The notes below the pieces were generated by a model, which saw only the letters and a list, made by a program, of their open reading frames with translations, ran no database searches and was not told the origin of the DNA. The translations under genes and the position numbers were made by a program. A stretch of DNA of 54,970 bases, counting the filler, from an uncultured virus (IMG/VR IMGVR_UViG_2049941000_000201) (taxonomy: Duplodnaviria > Heunggongvirae > Uroviricota > Caudoviricetes). It is 8 parts of one record of this genome, joined end to end, with 100 filler letters (N's around TTAATTAATTAA, not from the genome) between each part and the next. Parts side by side here need not be neighbours in the genome. Positions count along the whole stretch, not along the records: positions 1 to 215 come from IMGVR_UViG_2049941000_000201; positions 316 to 28,113 come from IMGVR_UViG_2049941000_000201; 6 more parts are not named here. One strand, written 5' to 3'. Of the stretch, positions 1 to 11,307 are shown piece by piece (within the stretch, counting starts at the first letter, position 1; the number at the start of each line of letters is the position of its first letter).

Positions 1-328
1 ATCGCTTATACCACTTATTTATCCATTTGGCATACCACTCTCCGTCTTCAAATTCACTCATAATTCCACACATTTTCGCCATCGCCAGGAACCGCTTATA
101 CTTGTGGTGGGCAATCACCTTGTCGGCTTCGGACTTGAGGTAGACCTCGGAAGGTATCACGCATAAACAATCCGTGCAATACTTTTCGTCTACCATTTTA
201 TATGCATTCAGTTCGNNNNNNNNNNNNNNNNNNNNNNNNNNNNNNNNNNNNNNNNNNNNTTAATTAATTAANNNNNNNNNNNNNNNNNNNNNNNNNNNNN
301 NNNNNNNNNNNNNNNAGCCTTTAGGCTA

Positions 329-358
329 AAAAAGCCCACCCCTTGAGGGTGGGTTTTT
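329..358. terminator. Intrinsic terminator, bidirectional-looking
   Basis: AAAAAGCCCACCC-CTTGA-GGGTGGGTTTTT, directly after the stop of the minus-strand ORF 359-730. Confidence 0.75.
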
Positions 359-730
359 CTATTTGGCCTTTTGTCTTTTGTACCACTCCTTGTGGTACGC
401 TCGGATGTGTTCCTTGTGCTCGATGTAGTACGCCTTCTTGCGCTCCTTGTTCTTCTCGTACCATCGGCGGTTCTTCTCGCTTACCTCTTCCTTGTGCCGT
501 TGGTAGTAGGTTCTATTTGACGCGTTGTGCGCCTCGGCATAGTTCTTGTATTTTCTGGGCTTCGGTGCTACGTGCTTGCCGCGCTTGATGGCCCTGCGCA
601 GTTTCGAGGACGTGCGCGCCTGCTCCCAGAACTGCGCCTCCTCGGGCGAGTCCTTGCCGAACGCGGCCTGGATGCTCCGCAGCTTGACAAGCTCGGAGAA
701 GGTGATGGTGGGCTTGCGACCGGCCTTCAT
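359..730 (-). CDS. Hypothetical phage protein with charged helical repeats
   Basis: 123 aa ORF with repeated YY..HKE/WYE.NKE motifs, last gene of the leftward operon. Confidence 0.6.
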   Translation of the reverse strand: MKAGRKPTITFSELVKLRSIQAAFGKDSPEEAQFWEQARTSSKLRRAIKRGKHVAPKPRKYKNYAEAHNASNRTYYQRHKEEVSEKNRRWYEKNKERKKAYYIEHKEHIRAYHKEWYKRQKAK

Positions 731-908
731 GCCTTCTCCCGCATCACGCGCCTATATTCTTCCGCGAGTTCCTTGTTGCCGTCATCCGGGATTTGCGCGA
801 ACACATCGTCGGGTATGTTCGCAAGTTGTCCGAGTTCGTGTTCGATAATCTCGCAAGTGAGTGACGATTTTTTCATCTTCGCGTAAGTGCAGGCCACANN
901 NNNNNNNN

Positions 909-2147
909 CTCCTTTTGCGTTTTCTTCATCGACCTTCTTGCCTTGGCGCGGTATTCCTTGAGCCAGGCATCCAGGGCAATGTGAGCCTTCTCGCTCGGCT
1001 CTATATCGTCCTTGTCCTCGTCGGCGTAGAATTGCCCCAGGGAACCGTCCGGCTTGATTTCTGCGGTCGCCACGGGCTCCCCAGCCTTCGTCCGAACGAA
1101 TACCAGCACGAGCTCTTTCTTGGCCATGCGCCCGATGTAGTCGGCGCTCACGAGGCATTGGTGCAGGGCCTTCGCCTGCGCTGCGACGGTCTTTATGTCG
1201 CCCGGAACGGATACTACCAGGCCGGACTTGCGCACGATCGCGTTTGCGAATTTCTGCGCCATCGCAAGAAAGTTCTTTTTCTTCTCGCGCTCGCGCTTGT
1301 TTTGCAGGCGCTTTTCCTCAAGCCTTCGGGCTTCAAGGATGTTGTTATATTCGGCCACTACCTTATTATGCGCTGCGGTTAAATCCTTGGGGAATTTCCA
1401 ATATCTATCATTTACGTCATGCCCGCAGCGCTTCGCAGTTTCGATGTAGTCCCGATAGTAGCGCACCTTCCATCGGCTATAATCTTTTAGGTTGGTGGCG
1501 CTCAAATACTTGTAGACATCGAAGGCGCACTTTCCGTCTACAAAGCAGAAGTCCTGCCACTCTTCATATTCCTTCGCGGTATGGCCGTTCATCACGAAAA
1601 GGATTTTTGCAAGCGCCCACTTGCTTGCTCCTCGGGTATCGCGGATAAAGGCGAGCACCCTTTTCTGGCGCTCGGGCTTCATCCTGGAAAAGTTACCGTT
1701 TCCCACGAGCTTGTCGAGCTTCGCCCCGACAAGTAGTTCCGTTTTCGGGTTTTTCTTCCATGCGGAAAGGATGCGCATGGCATCGGCCTTGCTTATCCTC
1801 CCGGCCTTCTGCAAAGTCCAGCGGAATTCGGGGTGGGCCTCCACGATGGCGGCCTTTTCCGCTTCGGTAAGCGGCAACGAGAGCATGGCGGTTCCCTTCT
1901 TGAGTCCGGGGCATCCCCCTTCGATTCTGCACCATTTTTCCCGCAAAGAAGGCTCGATAAAATAGCCGCCATAAAGCGAAATATAGAGGTTGCGGACGTA
2001 TTCCACGCCGTCCTCGTCGATGCGGTAGACTTCGGATTTACCCGAGCCGTGGGAGCGGGTCTTTTTCCATTCCCCCACGACATATCGTGTAATCGTTCCG
2101 CATTGGTTCACGATGTAGTCGGTGAATTCTGCGCGGGTCATTGTCAT
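909..2147 (-). CDS. PcfJ-like phage protein
   Basis: C-terminal YRDY..A..G, FPKDL..AH, L.HCL..DY and LVFVR motifs. Lies next to a PcfK-like gene. 3' end runs into a gap. Confidence 0.8.
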
Positions 2148-2690
2148 TTATACCCCCAGCATATCAAGAAAGGAAATCTGCCCCTTCACCGGCTTAAATG
2201 CGGGTTTCTGCGCAGGATGCAGAAGCGCATGGCAGGCAGGGCAAAGCCCCTTTTCAAGCTCCAGGACTTCAGTTCCGCACCTTGCACACTTGGAGGCTTT
2301 TTCCTCTTCTGTTTTCGCCTTCTCGGCCTTATTCTTCGCCTTCTTGCCCTTCTTGTCCTTTGACTTCTTCTCGGCTGCGAGTCTTGCACGTTCTTCTGCC
2401 TCGGCATTCTCGCGGGCTTCCTCCTCGTCCTCCTTCTTCCAGATTTCGTCATTGAAGTAGTCGCGGCAAATTCGGAAACATACCTCGTCGGGTACGTCGC
2501 CGTTCTTTCCTTCGAGAATTTCACTGGCGCATTCCTCAAGATACGAGATGCAGCGCTCGAACTTGTCCTCGTTTCCAGCGAACTTGTCGCAGGTGCGCTC
2601 CAGGTTCTCGCGGATCTGGGTTTCCATGCTCGGGCATTCGCTATCCTTCGCCATGGCCTTGTAGGCCTCAATCGTTGCTTCATTAACCAT
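2148..2690 (-). CDS. PcfK-like phage protein
   Basis: K.FERCISYL and VPDEVCFRICRDYF motifs, charged tail ending GQISFL, directly upstream of PcfJ. Confidence 0.7.
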   Translation of the reverse strand: MVNEATIEAYKAMAKDSECPSMETQIRENLERTCDKFAGNEDKFERCISYLEECASEILEGKNGDVPDEVCFRICRDYFNDEIWKKEDEEEARENAEAEERARLAAEKKSKDKKGKKAKNKAEKAKTEEEKASKCARCGTEVLELEKGLCPACHALLHPAQKPAFKPVKGQISFLDMLGV

Positions 2691-3320
2691 TTTTTACCTC
2701 GCTCTTGCGCGCGGGTCTAGGTTCATACGAACCTCCCCTTGCTGTATTTGTATTCGCTTACCTTCGTGTCGCGCCTGTAGGGACTCAATCCCTTGTTCAC
2801 GCGTTCGCGCTGCTCCGGCGTCAAGTCGTCGGAATCGTCGAAGCCGTGCTTGTACAGGCTGTTTGCTGCCCTCGGCATGTCGTTTTTTACGGCCATTGTG
2901 TTTTATCCCTCCCTGTTCAAGATGTCCTCTAGTGTATCGCACTTTTCCGGCCTGTCTCCATTACGGATCCTTGCACCATATACCTTGCCAAAAAAGAAGC
3001 CGATGAGGTAGCACACGACGCCCATGCACACGATGAAGATGTCGCCAGTCATTCCGCGCTCCTCAAGAACTCGCTCACAAGATGGCGAATAAGTGCACTG
3101 GAATTTCCGGCTATATCCGGGTCGAGACCCTTCTTCATTGCGGCAACCTTCGCCGCCTTGACTTCTTCNNNNNNNNNNAAGTGACGGTGATGCTTTCGGG
3201 ATTTTCCGCGAACACCTTAGCGGCAATGGCGGAGCGTTCTTCTGAATTGGAGCCGCACACGATACCTTCGATGCAGCCATTTTGGAGAGTGGAAATTTGC
3301 GTTTTCATGATCCGACCCCC

Positions 3321-3650
3321 TTATGCATGACACCAAGTCACGGTGACGCTATTGATGACGGAAAGATACGTTTTGACTTCGTGCTTGATGTTGGGGAACG
3401 TTTCAGCAACCCACTTGCAGTAGTCGCGCGTTTTCGCGTTCAAAATCCAATCGTTCTTCGGCTGGAAAACAAGGCACTTATTACCGAAGTCATTATCATA
3501 CGTGCGAATTGCTTCAATCTGCGATTTCGGAAACCACTGTTTCTTAATCGTGAAATCTTCGCCGTAAAGATCGACCACAAAGGAAAGGCAGAAAGCCTTT
3601 TCTGTTTCTTTTTCAATCACGGCGGTGCTGCCTTCAAATTCAATAGCCAT
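3321..3650 (-). CDS. Hypothetical phage protein
   Basis: 109 aa with ETEKA and WFPKSQI motifs. RBS AAGAGG and an AT-rich promoter region upstream. Confidence 0.7.
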   Translation of the reverse strand: MAIEFEGSTAVIEKETEKAFCLSFVVDLYGEDFTIKKQWFPKSQIEAIRTYDNDFGNKCLVFQPKNDWILNAKTRDYCKWVAETFPNIKHEVKTYLSVINSVTVTWCHA

Positions 3651-3989
3651 TTTGTTACCTCTTGTTTCTTGATTACGTCTATAATTTATATAATTTTCGA
3701 ACTAAAAACAAGGGGTGAAGCCAACATTTTTGCTTATTTTTTACTTACATCGTAAAAAAAACGCGGAAAATCGTACATTTTGTATGGTTTTGTGAGAATT
3801 TTTCGCATAAAAACCACATTTTCACGCATTTATTTCAACTTTTTGCAAAAAATTTTCAAAAAACGGCCTAAAATAGCGACATTTGCCCGTTTTCGTCGCA
3901 TTTTTGCGCGATTTCATGCGTTATTTGGGCGATTTGTGGCGATTCTGTAGGCGCAACCGCAGGCGCCTCTTTAGGCTCGNNNNNNNNNN

Positions 3990-4236
3990 AAGCTCATGAT
4001 TGAAGATGACGGAAGCCAGAAGAACACGGACTACGTTTTCCATTTCACTTTTGGCGATGTTACGCTTAACAACTCGACAGAACAGAGCAACCTTTACAGG
4101 CTACGCCAGCTTATCATTGTAGCAGGAGGCAAGGCCGAATTTTACGGCGGACGGCTCGCCGTATGGGTTGACGGTTCTACTGTAGGCATAACGGGCCAGC
4201 TACCGGACAATTTCAACATCTATGCCGGAAATACAG
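3990..4236 (+). CDS. Fragment of a second, divergent baseplate J-like protein
   Basis: KNTDYVFHFTFGDVTLNNST and VGITG.LPD align with the insert region of 9847-11292. Confidence 0.8.
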
Positions 4237-4247
4237 NNNNNNNNNNG

Positions 4248-4733
4248 GAATCCGCAAGACGCTATATAGCGCAGAACGTAGCCAAGGGACAAAAGACACG
4301 CGAACAGGTTGTTAGCGAAGTTGTAGTCCAGCAGGAAGGAATGAAGGCTAGGGCTAAGAAACTGCAGGAGCGTGCCGCTATGGGTGGCGACGAAGGAAAA
4401 GAAGCGTCAAAGGAACTTGAGTCTTTACAGATGAACATCCGTAAACGAGAATCCTTTGTAAACGCATTGAAGGATGTTTACAAGGAAAAGACCGGCATGG
4501 AGTTTGAAGTAAAGGCTGGTGTAGTCAAGTCTCCGTTGTCCGGCAGTTCCGACTTGGCAAAGCAAATCGCCGAAATGACGAAGGCGCTAAACGAAAGTTC
4601 TAAATCGACGAAAAAGAACACGAAGGCGGTCGAGGACAACACGCGCAAGTTCAACATTAGCGATATTTCCCGACAGGCTTTCGATGCCGCCTTCAATACA
4701 AAGCTCAAGGAAGCCTTCATAACTACAATCTAG
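4248..4733 (+). CDS. Tape measure protein, C-terminal fragment
   Basis: Helical, charged sequence directly upstream of the baseplate genes. Complements the TMP 5' part ending at 53329. Confidence 0.65.
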   Translation, partial: ESARRYIAQNVAKGQKTREQVVSEVVVQQEGMKARAKKLQERAAMGGDEGKEASKELESLQMNIRKRESFVNALKDVYKEKTGMEFEVKAGVVKSPLSGSSDLAKQIAEMTKALNESSKSTKKNTKAVEDNTRKFNISDISRQAFDAAFNTKLKEAFITTI

Positions 4734-4742
4734 GAGCGGGTC

Positions 4743-5420
4743 ATGGTTAGCGTACTCAATTCTATTTTTGGCGACAGGCTCGACATTAAGTCTCTTATAC
4801 CTACAAGCCTTTTTTACCCGAAAGAAGGCTACAGCGTAGGCGAAATTGACATTGACCTTATACTTGACGAGAACCATTCGAAACATGCCGTAGTGACGGA
4901 GAATCCGTTACAGGACGGGCGCGCTGTTAGCGATGGCATTTATCTACAGCTCCGCGAAGGCTCACTCACTGCTCTTGTGTCTAACCATTCATTGAAGCAC
5001 GTCCAGAAAATCGACGATGAAAAACAGAACGCCGAGACATTGTTGAACATGGCGCAATGGAAAGACCAGCTCAAGAACCGCGCTAGAGACGCATGGAACG
5101 ACTTGAAGGACTTGATGGACAAGAAACAGACCGTCAAGATCGTTACATCGCTCGAAACTTACGACAACGTAGTCATTACTGACATCGAGACTGATCGAGA
5201 CGGAGAAACAGGCGAAGCGCTCGAAATAAAGATAAATTTCCGGCAGATTCAGACGGTAAGCCTAACGGAGACTGTAGTATCGGGGCCGGTTCAGCCGAAG
5301 GACATGAAGTCCGGCATAAACCGTTCTGCGGCGGTCGGCGTGAACAACGGACAGAAGGTAGCTGCGGAGCCGAGCGATGCCGACAAGAATCAACTTATCA
5401 TAGGCAAAATAGTTCCGTGA
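4743..5420 (+). CDS. Baseplate protein (Dit-like / tail tube initiator)
   Basis: E.H...VTENPLQDG..VSD and VTSL..Y.NVVI motifs, position after TMP. Confidence 0.75.
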   Translation: MVSVLNSIFGDRLDIKSLIPTSLFYPKEGYSVGEIDIDLILDENHSKHAVVTENPLQDGRAVSDGIYLQLREGSLTALVSNHSLKHVQKIDDEKQNAETLLNMAQWKDQLKNRARDAWNDLKDLMDKKQTVKIVTSLETYDNVVITDIETDRDGETGEALEIKINFRQIQTVSLTETVVSGPVQPKDMKSGINRSAAVGVNNGQKVAAEPSDADKNQLIIGKIVP

Positions 5421-5430
5421 GGCTTTTACC

Positions 5431-5787
5431 ATGTTGCGTATTCCGTTTAATCCTTCCGTAAGTGCAGACCAGACCGTAAGCGTACTTATTCCAGAACAGC
5501 TTGTAATGACATTGCGCCTGGTATGGAGCGAACGCGCAAAGGCGTGGGACATCGTTGTTTCATCCGACAACGGGGAACTGGGCATGTTCCGCATTACGGA
5601 GCGGTTCCCAATATTGTACGAGCACAGGGCCATTTCACCGATAAAGGGCGATATAATCGCGCTTCCGTTGTCCGAAGGCAAGGGCAAGCCCCTTTCCGAT
5701 TATGACGCTATTGGCGATTCATGGGGCTTGTTCTACATCGACGAGAACGACTTGAAGGCATGGGAGAAGGCTAATGGCTTGGGGTAG
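5431..5787 (+). CDS. Small baseplate protein
   Basis: 118 aa with LRLVWSER..AW, between the Dit-like and hub genes. Confidence 0.65.
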   Translation: MLRIPFNPSVSADQTVSVLIPEQLVMTLRLVWSERAKAWDIVVSSDNGELGMFRITERFPILYEHRAISPIKGDIIALPLSEGKGKPLSDYDAIGDSWGLFYIDENDLKAWEKANGLG

Positions 5788-6653
5788 AGTTGTACGCCTT
5801 GTGGCACAGAACCGCGACATGGTGCAGGTCGATGTTTCGGCATTGCGTATTGACGCACGATGCGTCCGTTCTCGCGTTTTCAACGATAACGAGATGGAGG
5901 CGACAATTCTCAACGCCAACAGCGACACTATATCGAAGTTNNNNNNNNNNCAACGGAACGGACACGGTGACTACTATTCGTTCCATAGCTATGCGCTCTC
6001 TCAAGCGTCCGTTCACTTGCACTCCAGTATGTCTTGGATTCAAGCCCGGTGCAACCGCTGCCGATGTAATCGACTCCATTTGCGCAATATTGGGGCTTGT
6101 GCCGTATGGCAAGGAAATGGCTACAGAAGTTTCTTTCCCGTCCGGGTGGACATTTGTAGGCAACGTGATGAACGCCATGAAGAAGCTTGCGCAGGATTTG
6201 GAAACAAAGGGCATGGGCATATATGTAGACCTTGCCGAAATGGTCGTTTTCCGTCACAGGACGGACAGTTCCTATTCAATCGCGTACCTTACGCCAGACA
6301 GCGGCCTTCTTAACCTCGAAAACACCACAGACTATGTAGGCTTCGCGAGGACAAGCATTGACGACATGGCGAGCAAGGTAGGCGAGAAGCCGAAGAGAGG
6401 CGAAGTAGTCTTGAAGCCAGAAGATGTAGACGATGTTTACTCGCAACTGGACAAGATTTTTACGAACATGAAAAAGACCTATTCCGCGAAAACGATGGTC
6501 ATCCCGAAATTGCGCCCTAACGCTCTTGTGCGTATAAACGACGAACGGCGCGGGGTGCATGACGGCCTGTTCGTAGTTGACAAAATGGAGGTAAGCGTTG
6601 GCAACGGCCCAAATTCTGCCTTCTCGATGGACCTTAACCTGATTGAGGCGTAG
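5774..6653 (+). CDS. Baseplate hub protein (gap-interrupted; a missing piece likely at 6854-6955)
   Basis: N-terminus in the 5774 frame, C-terminus with LTPDSGLL and IPKLRP motifs. Displaced fragment LYAGYEQ..LMWQGNI. Confidence 0.7.
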
Positions 6654-6655
6654 CT

Positions 6656-6843
6656 ATGAGTTTGCCATCAATGCTAGACGCTTATTTAGCGAACGCCTTG
6701 AGCGGAGTCCACACATCGCTTGTGGCGACCGTCACGGCATACGACGAGAAAACGCATAGGGCCACTGTAAAGCCTTCCGTGCGAATGCTGATGGATAACG
6801 GAATACAGATTGAATTGCCGGAGCTTGTCGATGTACCGGTGGT
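6656..6843 (+). CDS. Baseplate spike (gpV/Gp138-like), N-terminal fragment
   Basis: VHTSLVATVTAYD..ATVKP..LPELVDVPV. Continues as 53900-54317. Confidence 0.8.
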
Positions 6844-6975
6844 NNNNNNNNNNCCTGCAACGCGGAACTAACATAATGCTTTATGCAGGCTACGAGCAGG
6901 GCGGCGAACCCGGTCTCATGTGGCAGGGTAACATTATAGACTCAAAGACTTTGAGNNNNNNNNNNCGGTGGTTCA

Positions 6976-7305
6976 TCATTCCTCCCAGCTAATCACGAAA
7001 TACATCTTTCCAGGCTCCGCACCCCATTCAGGGCGACCCGTGCCGATGCGGATTTTCGGGTTCTTGAACACAAGCCTGCGCTCGGTGTCGTCCGCCTTTG
7101 GGTAGCCGAGGGTAAAGACGAGGCGGTCAAAGTGCTTTAGCGCAATTTCGCCAACATCCTTAATGCAGAACTCGTTAGCCCATACATCACGCCCTGCAAA
7201 TCGGACTCCCCAATAATCACAGATTTCGCGATATTCCTCTTTCTTCTCGCCCGACTTTATCATGTCGAACCACTGCTTTTTCAGCGATAGCGTGAGCTTT
7301 TTCAT
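6976..7305 (-). CDS. ASCH-domain protein
   Basis: LSLKKQWFDMIKSGEKKEEYRE and G.G.PEWGAEPG motifs. Confidence 0.85.
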   Translation of the reverse strand: MKKLTLSLKKQWFDMIKSGEKKEEYREICDYWGVRFAGRDVWANEFCIKDVGEIALKHFDRLVFTLGYPKADDTERRLVFKNPKIRIGTGRPEWGAEPGKMYFVISWEE

Positions 7306-8140
7306 GGTGATATTTCCTTGTCTATTTTTTCCTCCGTCAGTTTGCGACTGCACATCGGGCAAAACTTGATTTCTGCGTACATATTCACTCCTTGAATTTG
7401 TGCTAATACGGCGCAAAATTCTCTTTTTCTCAAGTGCGTTTTTTGAAATTTTACGAGCTGTATAAAGTCTCGATAAATTTCATCTTTCCTTACCGAAAGA
7501 TTTTTGCCGCGCCCTGTAACATCCAGGTTTTCGCAATACTCGCACATCACTTCGCCTCCTTGAATTTTTCGGCAAGGAGCAATAGCTTGTTGCATCTATC
7601 GGCATAGTGGTTTCTCTTTCGCTTGTACTTTTCGATGTTTGGGATATAGTCCGTATGCCTTGAGTATTGGTCGAGATATTCGGATTTGCATGCACACCAC
7701 TCGGCAATATCAATGTACCGCTTATACTTTTGGTGGCGAATTTCCTCGTCGTTTTGGAGTAATCCAGCTCCCATTGATTCAATCGCTTCAATGTGAACTT
7801 TGCATATGGCCTTGAGCCTTGCGATTCCTCCAAGTCCGCGATCACCTTGTCAGCTTCAGACTTGAGGTATATTAGCTCGTTGTGCCTTCCCTGCATTACA
7901 AGTTCTCTCGGTCTGTACGCTTTCAGTTCTCTCATTTGCACTCCGTTATCATTTTGTTGATGCTAACAATATGTTTAAATTGGGTGGCCNNNNNNNNNNA
8001 TAAGTCATAGCATACTGCCATCCACCCTCCCCAAATGAAACTGCATGAGTTCATTAGTAAGATGTGTCGGTACTTGTCGCCAAGCTCGACTGGGATTTTA
8101 TCAGGTACTTTATGAAAGTATTTGCAGTTCTCACACTTCC

Positions 8141-8449
8141 TCATTTGTACTCCTTCGCCTTGGCTAGGCACTTGCCTAAAGCCTTTTTCCATTTGTCAAA
8201 TTCTTGTCTAGCGCCATCTTCGGGATTCATCGTTGATATGCTGGCGTTCCACAATTTGAACCAAGCGATTTTCTCCAACGCCCGTTCAGCCCTCGCCAGC
8301 CACAATGCACGTTTCAGCCTGCGGTTCTCCATTCCGGCGTCCACGCTCTCCGCGTATGCACTCGCTTGCACGTTCTCAAGTTTCGCCTTGAGTTCTTCGT
8401 TTTCGCGCTTGAGGCTCTCGTATTCCTCAAGCGGTATCTCGCACGTCAT
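8141..8449 (-). CDS. Hypothetical coiled-coil early protein (one of several small leftward ORFs in 7302-8470)
   Basis: Overlapping small ORFs with phage early-region character. Confidence 0.55.
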   Translation of the reverse strand: MTCEIPLEEYESLKRENEELKAKLENVQASAYAESVDAGMENRRLKRALWLARAERALEKIAWFKLWNASISTMNPEDGARQEFDKWKKALGKCLAKAKEYK

Positions 8450-8498
8450 TATCGGCGGGTGCGACTGGTTAGGNNNNNNNNNNTTTCATGCTATCTCC

Positions 8499-8958
8499 TT
8501 AGCGTTTCTCAAAAACCATTATTTCTTCGTGTTGAACTCTCTGTTCTCTATTCTGCCCGAATCCCATTCTCCTAGTAGGTATTGACAAGGTTTTGACAAA
8601 GCAGAAACCATTATTTTCAAGGGCTTTCTTGTGGAAAGAAACAACGTCAACCTCTATACCACCCCTAATAAAATTTGAAACGTTGCAGATAAACTTTCCG
8701 CCATTCCTGCATACTCTGTTACACTCCTTGTAAATCCGCATGTGTTTGTCCATATATGCGTTTCCGAATTGCATTTTTCCAGTGTTCCCTTCGTTCAAGT
8801 CGTGACCTATGCAATGCGTGTATGTCATGTATTTGCGGTTTGACGTGGTCTTGAAATGGTCGGCCATTCTATTTCCGTATGTGGGCGAAGTACAAATGGC
8901 GTCCACACTTTCGTCGTTTAGGAAATCCATTTTTTCTGCGTCGCCTATGTTCCACTTG
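8499..8958 (-). CDS. DNA methyltransferase (N4/N6 family), C-terminal fragment
   Basis: GDA..M.FL.DESVDAICTSPTY (motif IV-like) and RV.R.GG.F..NV. Confidence 0.7.
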
Positions 8959-8968
8959 NNNNNNNNNN

Positions 8969-9415
8969 TTCCTGCATGGCGCAATTTGACGACCTTGAGA
9001 CGGCCTTTTTTGAAATTCTGCAAGCCTTGAACCTTGCCGACGCCATAGGACCCGCATTGGACTACTTGGGCGCAATCGTCGGCGTAAAGCGCAATCCGGG
9101 TGAAAGCGACACGCAATACCGCGAACGGATCGTAAGCGGTTTGAACCTATTGAACCTTCCGGGGCCGGAAGCGTTGCGCATGGTTATAAAGTTCCTCACG
9201 GGTGTAGATTCAGTCGGCCTTTTTCCGAACTGGCCCGCAGAAATGTACTACGTTCTTGACGGTGGAACGGACGCGAACTTGTCGAACCTTGAGAAGAACA
9301 GCATGACAAGCGGCGCCTCGCTTGTTCGTGGGACGTTCCTTTGCGCCGAAGAGGGCGAAGGCGGCTACATCGTGAATGACGATAACGGGATGCCGTTCGT
9401 TGTCGATTACGTGGA
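8969..9415 (+). CDS. Baseplate wedge protein (DUF2612 / gpI-like), paralog fragment
   Basis: A.G..LDYLG.IVG..R..ESD..YR motif. Homologous to 11308-11927. Confidence 0.75.
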
Positions 9416-9480
9416 NNNNNNNNNNAAAATTTTGTCATATATAGGAACGAAATAAGTTATATTTAAAAACGGATAAGACT

Positions 9481-9843
9481 ATGGAACTATCACTCGACAA
9501 AGCCACATGGGACTTGCATCTTGACGCAACGGGCAATATCGCCACCGTTGGCGAAGCCGATTTTCCGTCGTTGCTTTCGCAGCGCATTACGCACAGATTG
9601 CAGACTTTCAAGGGCGAGTGTTTCCTTGACCGTGAAATAGGGGTTCCCTATTATGAGGAAATCCTAAAGAAAAACCCGGACCTTGGACGCATACGATCGC
9701 TTCTATCTTCCGTAATTTCGGGTGTTGACGGAGTGGACAAGATACTATCGCTTGATTTGTCGTTTGACAGAAAAACAAGACTGCTGTCTGTCACATTCCG
9801 AGTACTGGATCAAGACGGATCAATCGCTACAGGAGAAGTTTAG
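9481..9843 (+). CDS. Baseplate wedge subunit (gp25/gpW-like)
   Basis: QRI..RL.TF.GECFLD..GVPY motif, directly before baseplate J. Confidence 0.85.
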   Translation: MELSLDKATWDLHLDATGNIATVGEADFPSLLSQRITHRLQTFKGECFLDREIGVPYYEEILKKNPDLGRIRSLLSSVISGVDGVDKILSLDLSFDRKTRLLSVTFRVLDQDGSIATGEV

Positions 9844-9846
9844 ATT

Positions 9847-11292
9847 ATGGGAACTTATGTAACCGAAAGCGGTCTCAAGAGAAAGACCTTGCAGGAGTTG
9901 CGCGTCGAGTTTGAAAACAAGTTCAAGCAAGTTTTCGGCGTAACCTTCGAAACCGCCGTGGACAGCCCTAACGGGCTCCTCGTTTCGCAGCTCGCCCTGT
10001 CCTATAACGACCTTTGGGAACTCGCACAGGAGATTTACTCCAGCCTCGACCCGAACCAGGCCGTAGGCGCGGAGCTCGACGCACGTGCTGCCTTCAACGG
10101 CGTTTCGCGTAAACCGGCGCTGCCCTGCACAGTCGATGCCGTCCTCTATACTAGCGGTGACAGCGCGACGATCCCGGCCGGATCACTCGCAAAGCGGCAA
10201 CGCGGCAACCTGAATTTCTCGCTTGACGAGACCGTGACAATTTCCCGCGCCTCTTGCGACGAACTCATGATTGTGGATAACAGCTCCGCGAAAAACACGG
10301 AATACGTTTTCCATTTCACGTTTGGCGATGTGACGCTGAACAACTCAACCTCGGCGTCCAACATTTCCGTTCTCGCGTCCGCAATCGCATCAGCGGGCGG
10401 CACAGCGACCGAAACGGCACGCGGGCTTCGGGTCTATGACGAAGACTGCACGCCCGTGGGAATCACCGGGACCATGCCAGACGATTTCATCATATTGTCC
10501 GGCAAAAATGGCGACTTTACTGCAGTCGATCTGGGCTACCAGACTTGCGAAATTGGCGAGCTTGATACCATTGCCGTCGGCGTAAGCGGCTGGAACTCCG
10601 TCTACAACTACGTGGCCGGTGACCCTGGCGAGGACTTGGAATCCGACGAATCTTTGAGGGTTCGCCGTGCAGCCGCTGCAAGGATGAGAAAGAGCCGCGC
10701 GACAGACCCGGCAATAGAAGCCGCCCTGCTCGATGTTCGAGGCGTTTCTTCTGCCCTTGTCAAGTCCAACCGTGGTTTTGATACCGATTCGGACGGCATA
10801 CCGGGCAAGGCGTTCACTTCGCTTGTCATTGGCGGCAACGACAACGAAATAGCGCAGTGCATTTACGAGAACCAGCCCGCGGGCATCCAGTCATACGGCA
10901 ATACTTCGGTAAACATCACCGACAGCCACGGGATCGAGCAGCAAATCAGCTTTAGCCGCCCGACGGCGGTATATCTTTGGGTAAAGGTCACGTATTCGCT
11001 TTACGACGAAGAAGCCTTCACGGGACAGGACGCGGTAAAGGCGGCACTTGTCGAATGGGCAGAACGTGAATATACGCTCGGCAAGGATGTGATTTCGACA
11101 CGAATAAACCAGGGCCTTTACGATGTCCCTGGAATCGGCGTCGCAACGTGCGCCGTGGCGGTGACGGAAAACCCCGACACGCCACCGAGTTCGTCTAGCT
11201 ACGAGACGGACAAACGGATTCCCGTTTCGTTCTTCAGCTACGCGGCCCTCGAAGATGATAGAATTTCCTTTGATGTATTGCAGAATAGTTAG
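9847..11292 (+). CDS. Baseplate J/gp47 family protein
   Basis: 481 aa with DP..A.G..LD, G.D.ESDE.LR.R and PAGI.SYG motifs. Confidence 0.92.
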   Translation: MGTYVTESGLKRKTLQELRVEFENKFKQVFGVTFETAVDSPNGLLVSQLALSYNDLWELAQEIYSSLDPNQAVGAELDARAAFNGVSRKPALPCTVDAVLYTSGDSATIPAGSLAKRQRGNLNFSLDETVTISRASCDELMIVDNSSAKNTEYVFHFTFGDVTLNNSTSASNISVLASAIASAGGTATETARGLRVYDEDCTPVGITGTMPDDFIILSGKNGDFTAVDLGYQTCEIGELDTIAVGVSGWNSVYNYVAGDPGEDLESDESLRVRRAAAARMRKSRATDPAIEAALLDVRGVSSALVKSNRGFDTDSDGIPGKAFTSLVIGGNDNEIAQCIYENQPAGIQSYGNTSVNITDSHGIEQQISFSRPTAVYLWVKVTYSLYDEEAFTGQDAVKAALVEWAEREYTLGKDVISTRINQGLYDVPGIGVATCAVAVTENPDTPPSSSSYETDKRIPVSFFSYAALEDDRISFDVLQNS

Positions 11293-11307
11293 TATTGGTA
11301 GTATTTT

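Noticed and set aside
8499..9116. ORF-track proteins spanning X runs as fusion proteins (also 3996, 11308, 36740, 48832)
   Set aside because: They are chimeras of unrelated fragments read through N gaps.
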